DNA of 64,000 nucleotides from Sphingomonadaceae bacterium (GCA_947463325.1 CANHQT010000010.1:962-64961); one strand, 5' to 3'; counted from the first letter of the stretch, positions 35,161-46,252 are shown. Notes: generated from the letters alone by a model not told the origin. Numbers and translations are program-made.

Positions 35161-36513
35161 GTGAGTTCCGATTTCGCTTCCCAGACCGCCGATCTTGTTG
35201 ACCGTGCAGCCGACGCCGTGGCGCGTGCCCGCGCCTTGGGCGCTGACGCTGCGACCGCCCATGTGCGCAGCAGCATGGCGACCAGCGTCAGCGTGCGCCT
35301 CGGCGCGCTCGAAGATGTCGGCCGATCGGAAGAGCGCGATCTTGCGCTGACGCTTTATTGCGGACAGCGGTCCGCCAGCGTTTCGACCGCAGACCTTTCC
35401 CCCGCCGCCATTGATGCGCTGGTCGAACGCGCGGTGGCCATGGCGCGAATCGCGCCCGAAAATCCATGGGCCGGTCTGGCACCGGAAGAAGCCCTGATGC
35501 GGGGCAGCCTGCCCGACTGCGATCTGGCTGATCCCGCAGGTGAGCCTGATCCCGAACGGCTGCGCGCGATGGCGCTCGCTGCCGAGGATGCGGCCCGTGC
35601 GGTTCCAGGCGTCACCAACAGCGAAGGCGGCACAGCTGCCGCCAACAGTTCGGCCGCCGCGCTCGCCACCAGCCACGGCTTTACCGGCGGTGTGTTTGCC
35701 ACCGGCTATTCGCTCTCCGCCAGCGTGCTGGCGGGCGAGGGAGACCGGATGCAGCGCGACTATGCCTGGCACAGTGCCCGCTACCTCGCCGACCTTGAAG
35801 GCGCAGAGGATATCGGCACTCGGGCCGGTGTTCGCGCGGTCGCGCGGCTCGATCCTGCGTTGCTGCCCAGCGGCCCGATGCCGGTGCTGTTCGATCCGCG
35901 CGTTGCGGGCAGCCTCATCAGCCATCTGACCTCCGGCATGTCCGGCCCGGCCATCGCGCGCGGACGCAGCTTTCTGAAGACCCGTGAAGGCGAGCGGCTG
36001 TTTCCGGACACCATCAGCATCGTGGAAGATCCGCTGCGCCGCCGCGGCTTGCGTTCACGCCCGTTCGACGGCGAAGGGCTGCCGACGCGTGAAGGCCGCC
36101 TGGTGGATCGTGGCGTGATCGGCGGCTGGCTGTGCGATGCCGCATCCGCCCGCCAACTGGGTCGCGCCCCTACCGGCCATGCCAGCGGTGGTGGCGGCGT
36201 TTCGACCGGTAATCTTATCCTCCTGCCCGGCAGCATCAGCCGTGATGCGCTGATGGCCGACATCGCCGATGGCGTGCTCGTCACCGAACTGATCGGACAG
36301 GGTGTCGATGCGCTGACCGGGGATTATAGCCGCGGCGCCTCTGGCTTTCGTATCCGTAACGGCCAGCTGGCGGAGGCGGTGTCAGGATTCACCATCGCCG
36401 GCAACCTGATCATCATGTTCGCTGATCTGCGGGCGGCCAACGATCTCGACACGCGCGGCAGCGTGCATGTTCCGACGCTGAGGACAGATAGTTTGACGGT
36501 TGCCGGCGCATGA
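35161..36513 (+). CDS. pmbA: TldD/PmbA family metalloprotease (PmbA-like)
   Basis: 450 aa with PmbA/TldD-like sequence throughout (…GFRIRNGQLAEAVSGFTIAGNL…). GTG start. Confidence 0.85.
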   Translation: MSSDFASQTADLVDRAADAVARARALGADAATAHVRSSMATSVSVRLGALEDVGRSEERDLALTLYCGQRSASVSTADLSPAAIDALVERAVAMARIAPENPWAGLAPEEALMRGSLPDCDLADPAGEPDPERLRAMALAAEDAARAVPGVTNSEGGTAAANSSAAALATSHGFTGGVFATGYSLSASVLAGEGDRMQRDYAWHSARYLADLEGAEDIGTRAGVRAVARLDPALLPSGPMPVLFDPRVAGSLISHLTSGMSGPAIARGRSFLKTREGERLFPDTISIVEDPLRRRGLRSRPFDGEGLPTREGRLVDRGVIGGWLCDAASARQLGRAPTGHASGGGGVSTGNLILLPGSISRDALMADIADGVLVTELIGQGVDALTGDYSRGASGFRIRNGQLAEAVSGFTIAGNLIIMFADLRAANDLDTRGSVHVPTLRTDSLTVAGA

Positions 36514-37298
36514 GCGCCATACCGCGCGAAGCCGTCATTTCTGCCGCTCGCGAGGTCGGCGATGCCGCGCTCGGCCAGTGGCGGCACCTGCGCGGCGGCG
36601 GCGCGCTCGACCGGTGGAGCAAGGCGGACGAAAGCCTGGTGTGCGAGGTCGACATCGAGACCGACCGGCGGTTGAAAGCGATGCTCGGCGCGATTGACCC
36701 CGAGGCTGGCTGGCTCAGCGAGGAAACGGCAGACGATCCAACGCGCCTTACCCGGCGCCGCATCTGGTGCGTCGACCCGATTGACGGCACGCGCGATTTC
36801 CTGCGCGGCCGCGAAGGCTGGGCAGTCTCGATCGCGTTGGTCGATTCCGGCCGGCCGGTGTTCGGCGTCCTCTATGCCCCCGCGCGCGACGAGCTTTGGG
36901 TGGGCGAACAGGGGCGCGGTGCGACGCTCAACGGCCTGAATGTCGCTGCGGGCAAGCGCGATACGCTGACTGGCGCGCGCGTCCCTGCGCATGACCTGCC
37001 CAAAGTCGACAGCGATCTCACCAAGGTGTTCCAGCCCAACAGCATCGCGCTGCGCATGGCGATGGTCGCATCCGACCAGGCCGATCTGGTGGCGACGCTG
37101 CGCTGGGGCTTCGAATGGGACATCGCCGCCGCGACGCTGATCGCAGGCGAGGCAGGCGCGACGGTGACGGACGCCTTTGGCCAGCCGCTCGCCTTCAATA
37201 CCCGCCGCGCGCAGGCCTTTGGTGTCCTCGCCAGCGTGCCCGCTATTCATGCGGCGGCGGTGGAAAGGCTGGCGGAACGGGCCCGTTCGATCGCCTGA
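36510..37298 (+). CDS. inositol monophosphatase family protein (CysQ-like 3'(2'),5'-bisphosphate nucleotidase)
   Basis: Motifs WLSEE, WCVDPIDGTRDF and WEWDIAAA are characteristic of the IMPase/CysQ fold. Confidence 0.8.
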   Translation: MSAIPREAVISAAREVGDAALGQWRHLRGGGALDRWSKADESLVCEVDIETDRRLKAMLGAIDPEAGWLSEETADDPTRLTRRRIWCVDPIDGTRDFLRGREGWAVSIALVDSGRPVFGVLYAPARDELWVGEQGRGATLNGLNVAAGKRDTLTGARVPAHDLPKVDSDLTKVFQPNSIALRMAMVASDQADLVATLRWGFEWDIAAATLIAGEAGATVTDAFGQPLAFNTRRAQAFGVLASVPAIHAAAVERLAERARSIA

Positions 37299-37508
37299 GC
37301 GGGCCACACCCCGCTTGACGTCAATGCCCGAATTTCCTAACGGCTTGCGCTCTCGGAACCCACTGGGCGGTCGGAAACGCGTTGCAAGGCGCGTGCTCGG
37401 CCTGCTTTTGCGTTACGAGAAATGGCGGATTTCTGCCATTTTTGAGCAAACTCGCGTCGAGATGGGCCGGTTGCCAGCCGGCCTGTGGAGCAAGGAGAAT
37501 CAGTTTCC

Positions 37509-37877
37509 ATGGCACGTATCGCGGGCGTCAATCTGCCCACCAACAAGCGCGTTGTGATCGCGCTGCAATATATCCACGGCATCGGCCCGAAGTTCGCGGC
37601 TGATATCATCGCCAAGGTCGGCATTGCCGATAACCGCCGCATCCAGGATCTCAGCGACGCTGAAGTCCTGCAGATCCGCGAAGCCATCGACGCCGGTTAC
37701 ACGGTCGAGGGCGATCTGCGCCGCGAAACCGCGATGAACATCAAGCGTCTGATGGACCTTGGCTGCTATCGCGGCCTGCGTCACCGCAAGGGCCTCCCGG
37801 TCCGTGGTCAGCGCACCCACACCAACGCCCGCACCCGCAAGGGTAAGGCGAAGCCGATTGCAGGCAAGAAGAAGTAA
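37509..37877 (+). CDS. rpsM: 30S ribosomal protein S13
   Basis: [26 protein letters not shown]... Confidence 0.97.
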   Translation: MARIAGVNLPTNKRVVIALQYIHGIGPKFAADIIAKVGIADNRRIQDLSDAEVLQIREAIDAGYTVEGDLRRETAMNIKRLMDLGCYRGLRHRKGLPVRGQRTHTNARTRKGKAKPIAGKKK

Positions 37878-37938
37878 GCGCGCGCTTTTGCCGCTGCGCT
37901 TTTCCTCTTCCGTCACCGTTTAGCCAAGGATTTCCCAA

Positions 37939-38328
37939 ATGGCCCGCGAACCTCAGCGCCTGCGTCGGCGCGAACGCAAAAACATCTCTTCCGGCGTCGC
38001 TCATGTGAACGCCACTTTCAACAACACCATGGTCACCATCACGGATGCCCAGGGCAATGCGATCAGCTGGTCTTCGGCCGGCATGATGGGTTTCAAGGGT
38101 TCGCGTAAGTCGACCCCTTATGCCGCGCAGGTTGCCGCCGAAGACGCGGGCCGCAAGGCCGCCGAACATGGCGTGCGCACGCTCGAGGTCGAAGTGAAGG
38201 GCCCGGGTGCCGGCCGTGAATCGGCGCTGCGCGCTCTGCAGGCTGCCGGTTTCCAGATTACGTCGATCCGCGATGTGACGCCGATCCCGCACAATGGTGT
38301 GCGTCCGGCAAAGCGTCGCCGCGTTTGA
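37939..38328 (+). CDS. rpsK: 30S ribosomal protein S11
   Basis: ...[30 protein letters not shown]...[13 protein letters not shown]. Confidence 0.97.
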   Translation: MAREPQRLRRRERKNISSGVAHVNATFNNTMVTITDAQGNAISWSSAGMMGFKGSRKSTPYAAQVAAEDAGRKAAEHGVRTLEVEVKGPGAGRESALRALQAAGFQITSIRDVTPIPHNGVRPAKRRRV

Positions 38329-38446
38329 TGCTTTTGGCCCCGCGCGCGGCTGGCGGGCCGCGCGGTATCGGGGCCGGTGATCCGGAGGCAGCGCCGCCAG
38401 CTGCTTCCCGGTCACCCTGTTCCGCCCTTTTGACCCATAGGGGAAC

Positions 38447-39517
38447 ATGATGTCTGTCAACAGCAAGAACTGGCAGGAACTCAAGAAGCCAACCGGCCTC
38501 GAAGTGAAGGCTGGTTCCGACAGCCGCCGCAAGGCGACATTCGTGGCTGAGCCGCTTGAGCGCGGCTTCGGCCTGACTCTCGGTAACGCGCTGCGCCGCG
38601 TGCTGCTCTCCTCGTTGCAGGGTGCTGCGATCACCTCGATCAAGATCGAGAATGTGCTGCACGAATTTTCGAGCCTCGCCGGCGTTCGGGAAGATGTCAC
38701 TGACATCGTCCTCAACGTGAAGCAGATCGCTCTGCGCATGGAAGGCGAGGGCCCCAAGCGTCTGCAGCTTTCGGCCACCGGCCCGGCCACCGTCACCGCC
38801 GGCGATATCGCTGTGTCGGGTGACATCCAGGTGATGAACCCGGATCATGTGATCTGCCACCTCGACGATGGCGCGACGCTCAACATGGAACTGACCGCCG
38901 ACAGCGGTAAGGGCTATGTGCCGGCTGCCAACAACCGTCCGGCCGACGCGCCGATCGGTCTTATCCCGGTCGACTCGCTCTATTCGCCCGTGCGTCAGGT
39001 CGCCTACAAGGTCGACAATGCCCGCATTGGTCAGGAGCTTGACTATGACAAGCTCTCGATCACCATCGACACCGATGGCACGGTGAGCCCCGAGGACGCG
39101 GTCGCCTATGCGGCTCGCATCCTTCAGGATCAGCTCGCGGTGTTCGTCCACTTCTCCGACGGTGCGGTCAGCGAAAGCCCGCGCATCGGCATGGCTGCGC
39201 CTGCGATGGGTGCCCATGCTGACGAAACCGACACCAACCAGCTCAACCGTTTCCTCCTCAAGAAGGTGGACGAGCTGGAACTGTCGGTGCGCAGCGCCAA
39301 CTGCCTCAAGAACGACAACATCATCTACATCGGCGATCTGGTCCAGAAGACCGAAGCCGAGATGCTGCGCACGCCGAACTTCGGCCGCAAGTCGCTCAAC
39401 GAGATCAAGGAAGTGCTCTCGTCGATGGGTCTGCGCCTCGGCATGGACATCCCCGGCTGGCCGCCGGAGAACATCGAAGAAATGGCCAAGAAGCTCGAGC
39501 AAGAGCTGCTGGGTTGA
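38447..39517 (+). CDS. rpoA: DNA-directed RNA polymerase subunit alpha
   Basis: 356 aa: ...[26 protein letters not shown]... with a C-terminal domain [22 protein letters not shown]. Confidence 0.97.
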   Translation: MMSVNSKNWQELKKPTGLEVKAGSDSRRKATFVAEPLERGFGLTLGNALRRVLLSSLQGAAITSIKIENVLHEFSSLAGVREDVTDIVLNVKQIALRMEGEGPKRLQLSATGPATVTAGDIAVSGDIQVMNPDHVICHLDDGATLNMELTADSGKGYVPAANNRPADAPIGLIPVDSLYSPVRQVAYKVDNARIGQELDYDKLSITIDTDGTVSPEDAVAYAARILQDQLAVFVHFSDGAVSESPRIGMAAPAMGAHADETDTNQLNRFLLKKVDELELSVRSANCLKNDNIIYIGDLVQKTEAEMLRTPNFGRKSLNEIKEVLSSMGLRLGMDIPGWPPENIEEMAKKLEQELLG

Positions 39518-39636
39518 TGAATTAGCGTTGCCCCGGATCCGTTCCGGGGTGACGCCGCAAGGGATAAGGGCGGGCCCTTTAATCCGCCTGGACCGGGGTA
39601 CCTTGCACGGCCCCCGTACGAACGAAGGAAAGAACA

Positions 39637-40056
39637 ATGCGTCATAAAGTAGGCGGCCGTAAGCTGCAGCGCACGTCGGCCCATCGCATCGCGATGTTCC
39701 GCAACATGTCGGCCTCGCTCATCAAGCATGAGCAGATCACGACCACCCTCGCCAAGGCGAAGGAACTGCGTCCCTATATCGAAAAGCTGGTCACGCTCGC
39801 CAAGCGCGGTGGCCTTGCCAACCGTCGTCTTGCGATGGCCCGATTGGGTGACGAAACGCAGCTCAAGAAGCTGTTTGACGTGATCGCCGCGCGCTACGCC
39901 GACCGTCCGGGTGGCTACACCCGCGTGCTCAAGGCCGGCTTCCGCGCTTCGGACGCCGCAGCGATGGCGATCATCGAATTCGTCGACCGCGACATCAATG
40001 CCAAGGGCAAGGATTCGGGCCCGGTGATCACCGAGGAAGAGATGGAAGCGGCCTAA
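39637..40056 (+). CDS. rplQ: 50S ribosomal protein L17
   Basis: [24 protein letters not shown]... Confidence 0.97.
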   Translation: MRHKVGGRKLQRTSAHRIAMFRNMSASLIKHEQITTTLAKAKELRPYIEKLVTLAKRGGLANRRLAMARLGDETQLKKLFDVIAARYADRPGGYTRVLKAGFRASDAAAMAIIEFVDRDINAKGKDSGPVITEEEMEAA

Positions 40057-40079
40057 GCCTCTCCATCCGCAAGGATTTC

Positions 40080-40116
40080 GGGGGCCGGATGCGACAAGCG
40101 TCCGGCCCCTTTTGCT
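40080..40116 (+). terminator. rho-independent terminator of the rpsM-rplQ operon
   Basis: GGGGCCGGA (40081-40089) pairs with TCCGGCCCC (40101-40109) and is followed by TTTTGCTT. Confidence 0.75.
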
Positions 40117-40166
40117 TGATGCAGCTGCGCCTTGACGCCGGAGCGGCGGCACGCCAGCCTTTGGCG

Positions 40167-41600
40167 ATGCAATTCAAATCCCTGATCGCCACGGTCGCCG
40201 TTTTGGCTGCAACCCCGCTCGCCGCGCAGACCGTGCCCGTCCCCACCCCCGCCGCCCAGCAGCGCAGCCTCGCCGCGGGCTATGTCGCGCTGACGACCTG
40301 CAGCGCGATCTTCAACGCGCGCACCAACGGCGCAGAGCGCAGCGAGGCAAGCGTGCGTGCGAACGAGCTGGTCGGTGTCTACCCCGAGCTCGACCCGCTG
40401 GTGCGCGACATGGTGGCGGAGGTCGGCGAATTTGCCGTCAGCGTGCGCTGGGACGAGCGCATGCCTCCGCGCGTCGCCAGACCCGATCAGGTGATGGGCT
40501 GCACGCTCCATCCGGTTGGTCTGGGCGCGGAGCATTGGCTGGCGGCGCCGTCATTGCGTCAGAATCCGGCACCCGCCCTTTGGCCGATTGGCGACATGAT
40601 GCCGCTGGAGCCGCATGCGCCATCCGACGATGCCGGGGCGCGTGCCGCGGGTGTCGATCCCCATCGGGATTCCCCGTGGATCGTGCCGGAGCTTCAGTCC
40701 GGCCCGGTCGAGCGCGCCTTTGCTGGCGGGTTCGGCGCGAATGCGAACACGACCGCCGTGGTGGTGCTCAGCGAAGGGGCGATTATCGCCGAACGCTATG
40801 CGCCCGGTTTCGGCATCGATACGCCGCAGCGCACATGGTCGGTGGCCAAGAGCATTGCCGCGACGATCGCCGGTGTCGCTGTGCAATGGGGAGAGGCGGA
40901 CGTCACCGCCCCTGCCGCGATCCCGAACTGGCAGCACCCGAATGATCCGCGTCGTGCCATCATGCTCGATCAGCTGCTGCGCATGGCCTCTGGCCTCACC
41001 AGTGATACGGCGGGCAACCGCACCGATGCCGTCTATTTCGGTGGTACGACTGTCGATGAGCAGGTGCCAGGCTGGCCGCTGATTGCACCGCCGGGTTCGA
41101 CCTTCCGCTACGCCAATAATGACACGCTGCTCGCGGTCATGGCGATCAGCCCAAGCTTTGCCCGGCATCCGCCGCGCGACTTTTTCGCTTCCGTATCGAT
41201 GCATGCGACCGTTGCCGAGACCGACTGGCGCGGCAATTACATCCTGTCCTCGCAGGTGTGGGCCACTGCGCGCGATTTGGCGCGGTTCGGGATGCTGTAT
41301 CTCAATGACGGCGTCTGGAACGGCACCCGCATCTTGCCCGAAAACTGGCTGGAATATGTCTCGATGCCGAGCGGCCCGCAGCCGGCGGGCGAATTTGGCT
41401 ATGGTGCCTCCTTCTGGTTGATGAACCGCAGCGAGGGTGTGCCGCCCGATACCATCGCCGCCTTCGGCAACCGTGGGCAATTTGTCGTGATCATCCCCAG
41501 CCGCGACATCGTCATCGTCCGGCGCGGGGAGGATCCTGCGGGCACACGGTTCAACATTGCCGCCTTCACCCGCGATGTGCTGGCGGCACTCCCCCGCTGA
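40167..41600 (+). CDS. exported serine hydrolase, beta-lactamase-related family
   Basis: Signal peptide [21 protein letters not shown] and a SxxK-type motif (WSVAKS). ATG 40167 is preferred over the track start at 40089. Confidence 0.8.
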   Translation: MQFKSLIATVAVLAATPLAAQTVPVPTPAAQQRSLAAGYVALTTCSAIFNARTNGAERSEASVRANELVGVYPELDPLVRDMVAEVGEFAVSVRWDERMPPRVARPDQVMGCTLHPVGLGAEHWLAAPSLRQNPAPALWPIGDMMPLEPHAPSDDAGARAAGVDPHRDSPWIVPELQSGPVERAFAGGFGANANTTAVVVLSEGAIIAERYAPGFGIDTPQRTWSVAKSIAATIAGVAVQWGEADVTAPAAIPNWQHPNDPRRAIMLDQLLRMASGLTSDTAGNRTDAVYFGGTTVDEQVPGWPLIAPPGSTFRYANNDTLLAVMAISPSFARHPPRDFFASVSMHATVAETDWRGNYILSSQVWATARDLARFGMLYLNDGVWNGTRILPENWLEYVSMPSGPQPAGEFGYGASFWLMNRSEGVPPDTIAAFGNRGQFVVIIPSRDIVIVRRGEDPAGTRFNIAAFTRDVLAALPR

Positions 41601-41679
41601 ATTTTCGCCCCGCTTGTCGAGTGCGCTGCTCCTCTCTACCTAACCGATCAAACATATCCTTCCCCCGGAGAATCATCCC

Positions 41680-43929
41680 ATGATCCATCGTGCCGCGCTG
41701 CTTGCCGCAGCCTCCATGCTTTCGATCACCGCTGTTCCTGCCGCCGCAGAGGAAACCGCCGCCCCTGCCGCGCCGGTGCCGGTTGAAACCGGTGAAAGAG
41801 GCGCCGCTGCCGCAGCGCCAATCAGCTATCCGGTGACGCGGCAGATGGACCTTGTGGAAACCCAGTTCGGCGTCGCGGTCGCGGATCCGTTCCGCTGGCT
41901 CGAAAATGACGTGCGCGTCGATGCAGAGGTCGCCAATTGGGTGACGGAGCAGAACCGCGTCACCAACGCCTATCTCGAAACGCTGCCCGGCCGTGCCGCC
42001 TTCGCGAACCGCATGGCGGAGCTGTATCGCTATGACCGCCTCGGCCTGCCGCGCAAGCGCGGGGACCGTTATTTCTTCACCCGCAACAACGGCCAGCAGA
42101 ACCAGTCGGTGCTCTATGTCCGCGACGGCAATGAGGGCGAGGGCCGGGTCCTCATCGATCCCAATGCCTGGGCCGCCGACGGCGCGACCGCGCTTGCCGA
42201 GTGGGCACCCAATGAGGATGGCTCGCGCCTGCTCTATTCGGTTCAGGATGGCGGCACCGACTGGCGCATCGTGCGCGTGCTCGACGTCGCGACGGGCGAG
42301 CATCTGGGCGACGAGCTTCGCTGGATCAAATTCTCCGGTTTCGCCTGGGCGCCCGACGGCTCCGGTTTCTATTATTCGCGTTTCCCGCAGCCGCCCGAAG
42401 GCGCGGCCTTCCAGTCGACCAACCTCAATCAGGCCGTCTATTTCCATCGCATCGGCACGCCGCAGTCGGAAGATCGCCTGGTCTATGCGACGCCCGAACA
42501 GCCGGGCTGGAGCCACAGCGCCGAAGTGACGGATGACGGCCGCTGGCTGGTCATCACCACCAGCGAGAGCACCGACGATCGCTATGAGATCACGCTGTTC
42601 GACCTGCGCCGGGAAGGCGGCGCGCCGATCAAGCTGGTCGCGGGCCTGGAGCACAAGTGGGAGCTGGTGGGCAGCGAAGGCAGCCGTCTGTTCTTCCTGA
42701 CCGACAAAGATGCCCCGCGCGGCCGCATAGTCGCCATCGATGCCGTCCGCCGCTCCGCCCCGGTGGAAATCGTTGCGCAGCGCGAGGAGGCACTGCAGCG
42801 GGCCCGCCGCGTGGGCGACCGCATCATCCTCTCTTATCTGGGTGATGCCAGCAGCCAGGCGGAGATGGTTGACCTGCGCGGACGCCGTGTCGGCCGGCTG
42901 ACGCTCGGCAGCATCGGCACCGCCTCCGGCTTTGACGGATCGGCGGACAGCAGCGAGACCTTCTACGCCTTTTCGAGCTTCAACCGCCCGACCACCATCT
43001 ATCGCCTCGACACCGCCACGGGTGCGACCAGCGTGTTCGCTCAGCCGACGCTCGCCTTCAATCCAGACGATTACACAGTCGAACAGCGTTTCTATACCAG
43101 CCGCGATGGCACGCGCGTGCCGATGTTCATCGTGATGAAGCGCGGTGTCGACCGCACCGGCGGTTCGCCGACCCTGCTCTACGGCTATGGCGGATTCTCA
43201 CTGCCGCAGACGCCCGGCTTCTCGCCGACGCGCCTCGCCTGGCTTGATGCGGGTGGCGTGTTCGTCCTCGCCAACCTGCGCGGCGGCAGCGAATATGGTG
43301 CCGACTGGCATGATGCCGGCCGCCTGCTCAACAAGCAGAATGTGTTCGATGATTTCATCGCTGCCGGCGAATATCTGATCAGCGAAGGCATCACTGGACA
43401 GGGTGAGCTTGCCATCGAAGGGCGCTCGAACGGCGGCCTGCTGGTCGGCGCGGTGGTCAACCAGCGGCCGGATCTGTTTGCGGCGGCGCTGCCGGCTGTG
43501 GGCGTGATGGACATGCTGCGTTTCGACCGGTTCACCGCCGGGCGCTACTGGGTCGATGATTATGGTCGCCCCGACCGCGAACCCGATTTCCGGAACCTGT
43601 TCGGCTATTCGCCCTATCACAATGTCCGCAACGGGCAGAATTATCCGGCGATCCTGGTGACCACCGCGGACACCGACGATCGCGTGGTGCCCGGCCACAG
43701 CTTTAAATATACGGCGGCACTGCAGGCCGCCGACATCGGTGACCGCCCGCACCTGATCCGCATCGAAACGCGTGCCGGGCATGGTTCGGGCAAGCCGGTG
43801 GACAAGATTGTCGCCGAATTTGCTGACCAATATGCCTTCATTGCGCACTGGACCGGGCTCGATGTGGTGGCGGCGCTGGGCCAGCCTGCGACAGCGGCAA
43901 CGCCCGCTGGTCAAGGCACCGGCGAATAG
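41680..43929 (+). CDS. prolyl oligopeptidase (S9A family), exported
   Basis: N-terminal beta-propeller region (DPFRWLEN...) and a C-terminal catalytic domain (GRSNGGLL, ...TADTDDRVVPGHSFK). Confidence 0.9.
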   Translation: MIHRAALLAAASMLSITAVPAAAEETAAPAAPVPVETGERGAAAAAPISYPVTRQMDLVETQFGVAVADPFRWLENDVRVDAEVANWVTEQNRVTNAYLETLPGRAAFANRMAELYRYDRLGLPRKRGDRYFFTRNNGQQNQSVLYVRDGNEGEGRVLIDPNAWAADGATALAEWAPNEDGSRLLYSVQDGGTDWRIVRVLDVATGEHLGDELRWIKFSGFAWAPDGSGFYYSRFPQPPEGAAFQSTNLNQAVYFHRIGTPQSEDRLVYATPEQPGWSHSAEVTDDGRWLVITTSESTDDRYEITLFDLRREGGAPIKLVAGLEHKWELVGSEGSRLFFLTDKDAPRGRIVAIDAVRRSAPVEIVAQREEALQRARRVGDRIILSYLGDASSQAEMVDLRGRRVGRLTLGSIGTASGFDGSADSSETFYAFSSFNRPTTIYRLDTATGATSVFAQPTLAFNPDDYTVEQRFYTSRDGTRVPMFIVMKRGVDRTGGSPTLLYGYGGFSLPQTPGFSPTRLAWLDAGGVFVLANLRGGSEYGADWHDAGRLLNKQNVFDDFIAAGEYLISEGITGQGELAIEGRSNGGLLVGAVVNQRPDLFAAALPAVGVMDMLRFDRFTAGRYWVDDYGRPDREPDFRNLFGYSPYHNVRNGQNYPAILVTTADTDDRVVPGHSFKYTAALQAADIGDRPHLIRIETRAGHGSGKPVDKIVAEFADQYAFIAHWTGLDVVAALGQPATAATPAGQGTGE

Positions 43930-43954
43930 GCGCGGATCAGGAGGGGGAGAAGAC

Positions 43955-45481
43955 ATGGAACCGGTCGCAGCGCTTGAGGCCCCGTTCGGTGATTTTTCCG
44001 CCATCCTGAAGGGCTGGGCGGTGCATCATCCCGATGCGCTAGCCCTGCGTGATGACACGCGTGAGGTCTGTTGGGCGGATCTGGTCGATCTCGTGGAACG
44101 ACTCGCTACGCGGTTGGTGGAAACCGGGCTTCAGCGCGGGCAATCGGTGGCGATCCTTGGCACTTCGACCGTCGAATATGCGCTGGTCTTTCTTGCAGCG
44201 GTCCGCGCCGGGGGCGTGGCCGCGCCGCTCACCACCAGTGCTAGCCCCGAACAGCTTGTGGGGATGGCGAAGGATTCGGGCGCGATCCATCTGTTTATCG
44301 ATGCCGCCAAGGCCGCCGAACTCGGGCCGGATTTCATGGCCGATCTGATGCACGTGCCGCTCGAAAACATCGACCAGTGGATGGCCCCGCCCGGCGCCCG
44401 CGCGCCGGACTTCGTTCCGGAGCCCAAAGACCCCTTCAATATCATCTATTCCAGCGGCACGACCGGCATTCCCAAGGGCATCGTCCATTCGCACCAGATG
44501 CGCTGGCGTCAGTTTGCGGCGACCGCCTTGAGCTATCTTGGCGCCGGGCTGGAAGTGCGCTCGCTCGCCTCGACGCCGCTCTATTCCAACACCACGATGG
44601 TCGCTTTCCTTCCCGTGCTGCTGGCGGGCGGATGCGTGCGGGTGATGGGCAAGTTCGATTGCGCCAAGTGGTTGGAGCATGCGCAGCGCGACCGCACCAC
44701 CATCACCATGCTGGTGCCAGTGCAGTATCAAAGGCTGATGGACTTCGCCGGGTTCGACGACTTCGACCTGTCGAGCCTCAGGCTCAAATATTGCACCTCG
44801 GCGCCCTTCTCCGCCGACCTCAAGCGCGAGGTGCTCAGGCGAATGCCGGGCGGCCTGATCGAGATCTATTCGATGACCGAGGGCGGGGTGGTCTGCCTGC
44901 TGGCGGCGCACGAATTCCCCGAAAAGCTCCACACCGTTGGCCGTCCGGCTCCGGGAAGCGAGCTGAAGGTGCTGGACGATGAAGACCGCGAAGTGCCTCC
45001 GGGTACCGCGGGCAACCTCATCGGCCGCAGCCTCACCATGATGAGCGGTTACAAGAACCGCCCTGACAAAACCGCCGAAGCCCAGTGGATCGACCCGGCC
45101 ACCGGGGAGGCATGGATGCGCATGGGGGACATCGGCCGCGTTGATGCCGAAGGCTTCGTCGAACTGGTAGGCCGGGCCAAGGACATGATCATCTCTGGCG
45201 GGTTCAACATCTACCCCAGCGATCTGGAGGCCGAGCTGCTGAAGGAGCCGGGGGTGGTGGAAGTAGCCGTTGTCGGTGTGCCCTCTCGCGCCTGGGGGGA
45301 GACGCCGGTCGGCTTCGTGGTGCTGAAGGACGGGGGTGATTGCGACGCGATCCTCGCCAGCGTCAACGCCAGGCTCGGCAAGACCCAGCGGCTTTCCGCG
45401 CTTCATCCTATCGATGAGATGCCACGCAGCCATATCGGCAAGCTTTTGAAGACGGAATTGCGCGCGCGCCTTTCCGCTTGA
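43955..45481 (+). CDS. AMP-dependent acyl-CoA synthetase/ligase
   Basis: AMP-binding motif IIYSSGTTGIPKG, plus ...MGDIGRVDAEGFVELVGRAKDMIISGG... ATG 43955 is preceded by GGAGGGGGAG. Confidence 0.85.
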   Translation: MEPVAALEAPFGDFSAILKGWAVHHPDALALRDDTREVCWADLVDLVERLATRLVETGLQRGQSVAILGTSTVEYALVFLAAVRAGGVAAPLTTSASPEQLVGMAKDSGAIHLFIDAAKAAELGPDFMADLMHVPLENIDQWMAPPGARAPDFVPEPKDPFNIIYSSGTTGIPKGIVHSHQMRWRQFAATALSYLGAGLEVRSLASTPLYSNTTMVAFLPVLLAGGCVRVMGKFDCAKWLEHAQRDRTTITMLVPVQYQRLMDFAGFDDFDLSSLRLKYCTSAPFSADLKREVLRRMPGGLIEIYSMTEGGVVCLLAAHEFPEKLHTVGRPAPGSELKVLDDEDREVPPGTAGNLIGRSLTMMSGYKNRPDKTAEAQWIDPATGEAWMRMGDIGRVDAEGFVELVGRAKDMIISGGFNIYPSDLEAELLKEPGVVEVAVVGVPSRAWGETPVGFVVLKDGGDCDAILASVNARLGKTQRLSALHPIDEMPRSHIGKLLKTELRARLSA

Positions 45482-45558
45482 GTGCGATACCGAAGCTGAA
45501 CGGCGGCTAACGGGCGAATTCAGGATCGTGACATCGCCGAATCACTAGACCCCTCATT

Positions 45559-45602
45559 GTCGGGCACCGGGCTTCCCCCCTTCCCCCTTGCCGGCGCCCG
45601 AC
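45559..45602 (+). other. 5'-leader hairpin with an 18-20 nt C/U-rich loop
   Basis: GTCGGGCACCGG / CCGGCGCCCGAC pair at 11 of 12 positions. The loop is GCTTCCCCCCTTCCCCCTTG, and the hairpin lies 8 nt upstream of the GAGGAG Shine-Dalgarno of the next gene. Confidence 0.4.
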
Positions 45603-45624
45603 ACAGTTTGAGGAGTGTAGTGAC

Positions 45625-46224
45625 ATGGCGAACAGGCTCGCAAAGACAGCGAAGGCAGCGATCGGTTCGCTGCTGGCTACTTCCATGCTGGCGACGGCGG
45701 TTCCCGCATCGGCCCAGTATCGTGACCGGCACCGCGACCATGACGGGATCAGCGCAGGTGAAATCATAGCCGGTGCAGTGATCGTTGGCGGTCTGGCCGC
45801 GATTCTCTCAGGTGGCGGGCGCGACCGCCACGGCCGTTATGACGGTGATTATTATCGTGGTGGCGATTGGGATTATGACTGGCGCCGTTACGGCGGATCG
45901 CGTCGGGCCATTGAACAGTGCGTCTCCGCTGTCGAGCGGCGTGGGCGCGGTGATGACATCGACGTCCGCCGCATCACCGATGTCCAGCGTATCCGCGACG
46001 GATATCGCGTCCAGGGCCGGGTTACCGTCGACTATCGCGACGGGCGCTATGACCGCTGGGGTCACGACGGCCGCTGGGATCGCGATGACCGCTGGGATCG
46101 TGGCGGGCGCTGGGATCGTGACGACCGTTACGGGTACGGCCGCCAGCGCTATGACGATCGGGGCCGCTTTACCTGCATTGTCCGTTACGGACGTGTCCGC
46201 GACGTCGATTTCCGGGGCATCTGA
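45625..46224 (+). CDS. exported/membrane-anchored hypothetical protein with Arg/Asp/Trp/Tyr-rich repeats
   Basis: Signal peptide ...ATAVPASAQ, a Gly-zipper-like hydrophobic segment (IIAGAVIVGGLAAILSGG) and RWDRDD-type repeats. A terminator follows. Confidence 0.65.
   Translation: MANRLAKTAKAAIGSLLATSMLATAVPASAQYRDRHRDHDGISAGEIIAGAVIVGGLAAILSGGGRDRHGRYDGDYYRGGDWDYDWRRYGGSRRAIEQCVSAVERRGRGDDIDVRRITDVQRIRDGYRVQGRVTVDYRDGRYDRWGHDGRWDRDDRWDRGGRWDRDDRYGYGRQRYDDRGRFTCIVRYGRVRDVDFRGI
46054..46125 (+). repeat. four tandem 18-bp coding repeats (CGCTGGGATCG-type)
   Basis: The units at 46054, 46072, 46090 and 46108 encode RWGHDG, RWDRDD, RWDRGG and RWDRDD. Confidence 0.85.
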
Positions 46225-46252
46225 CCTCGGGTGAATCCTCTGTAAGGAGGGG

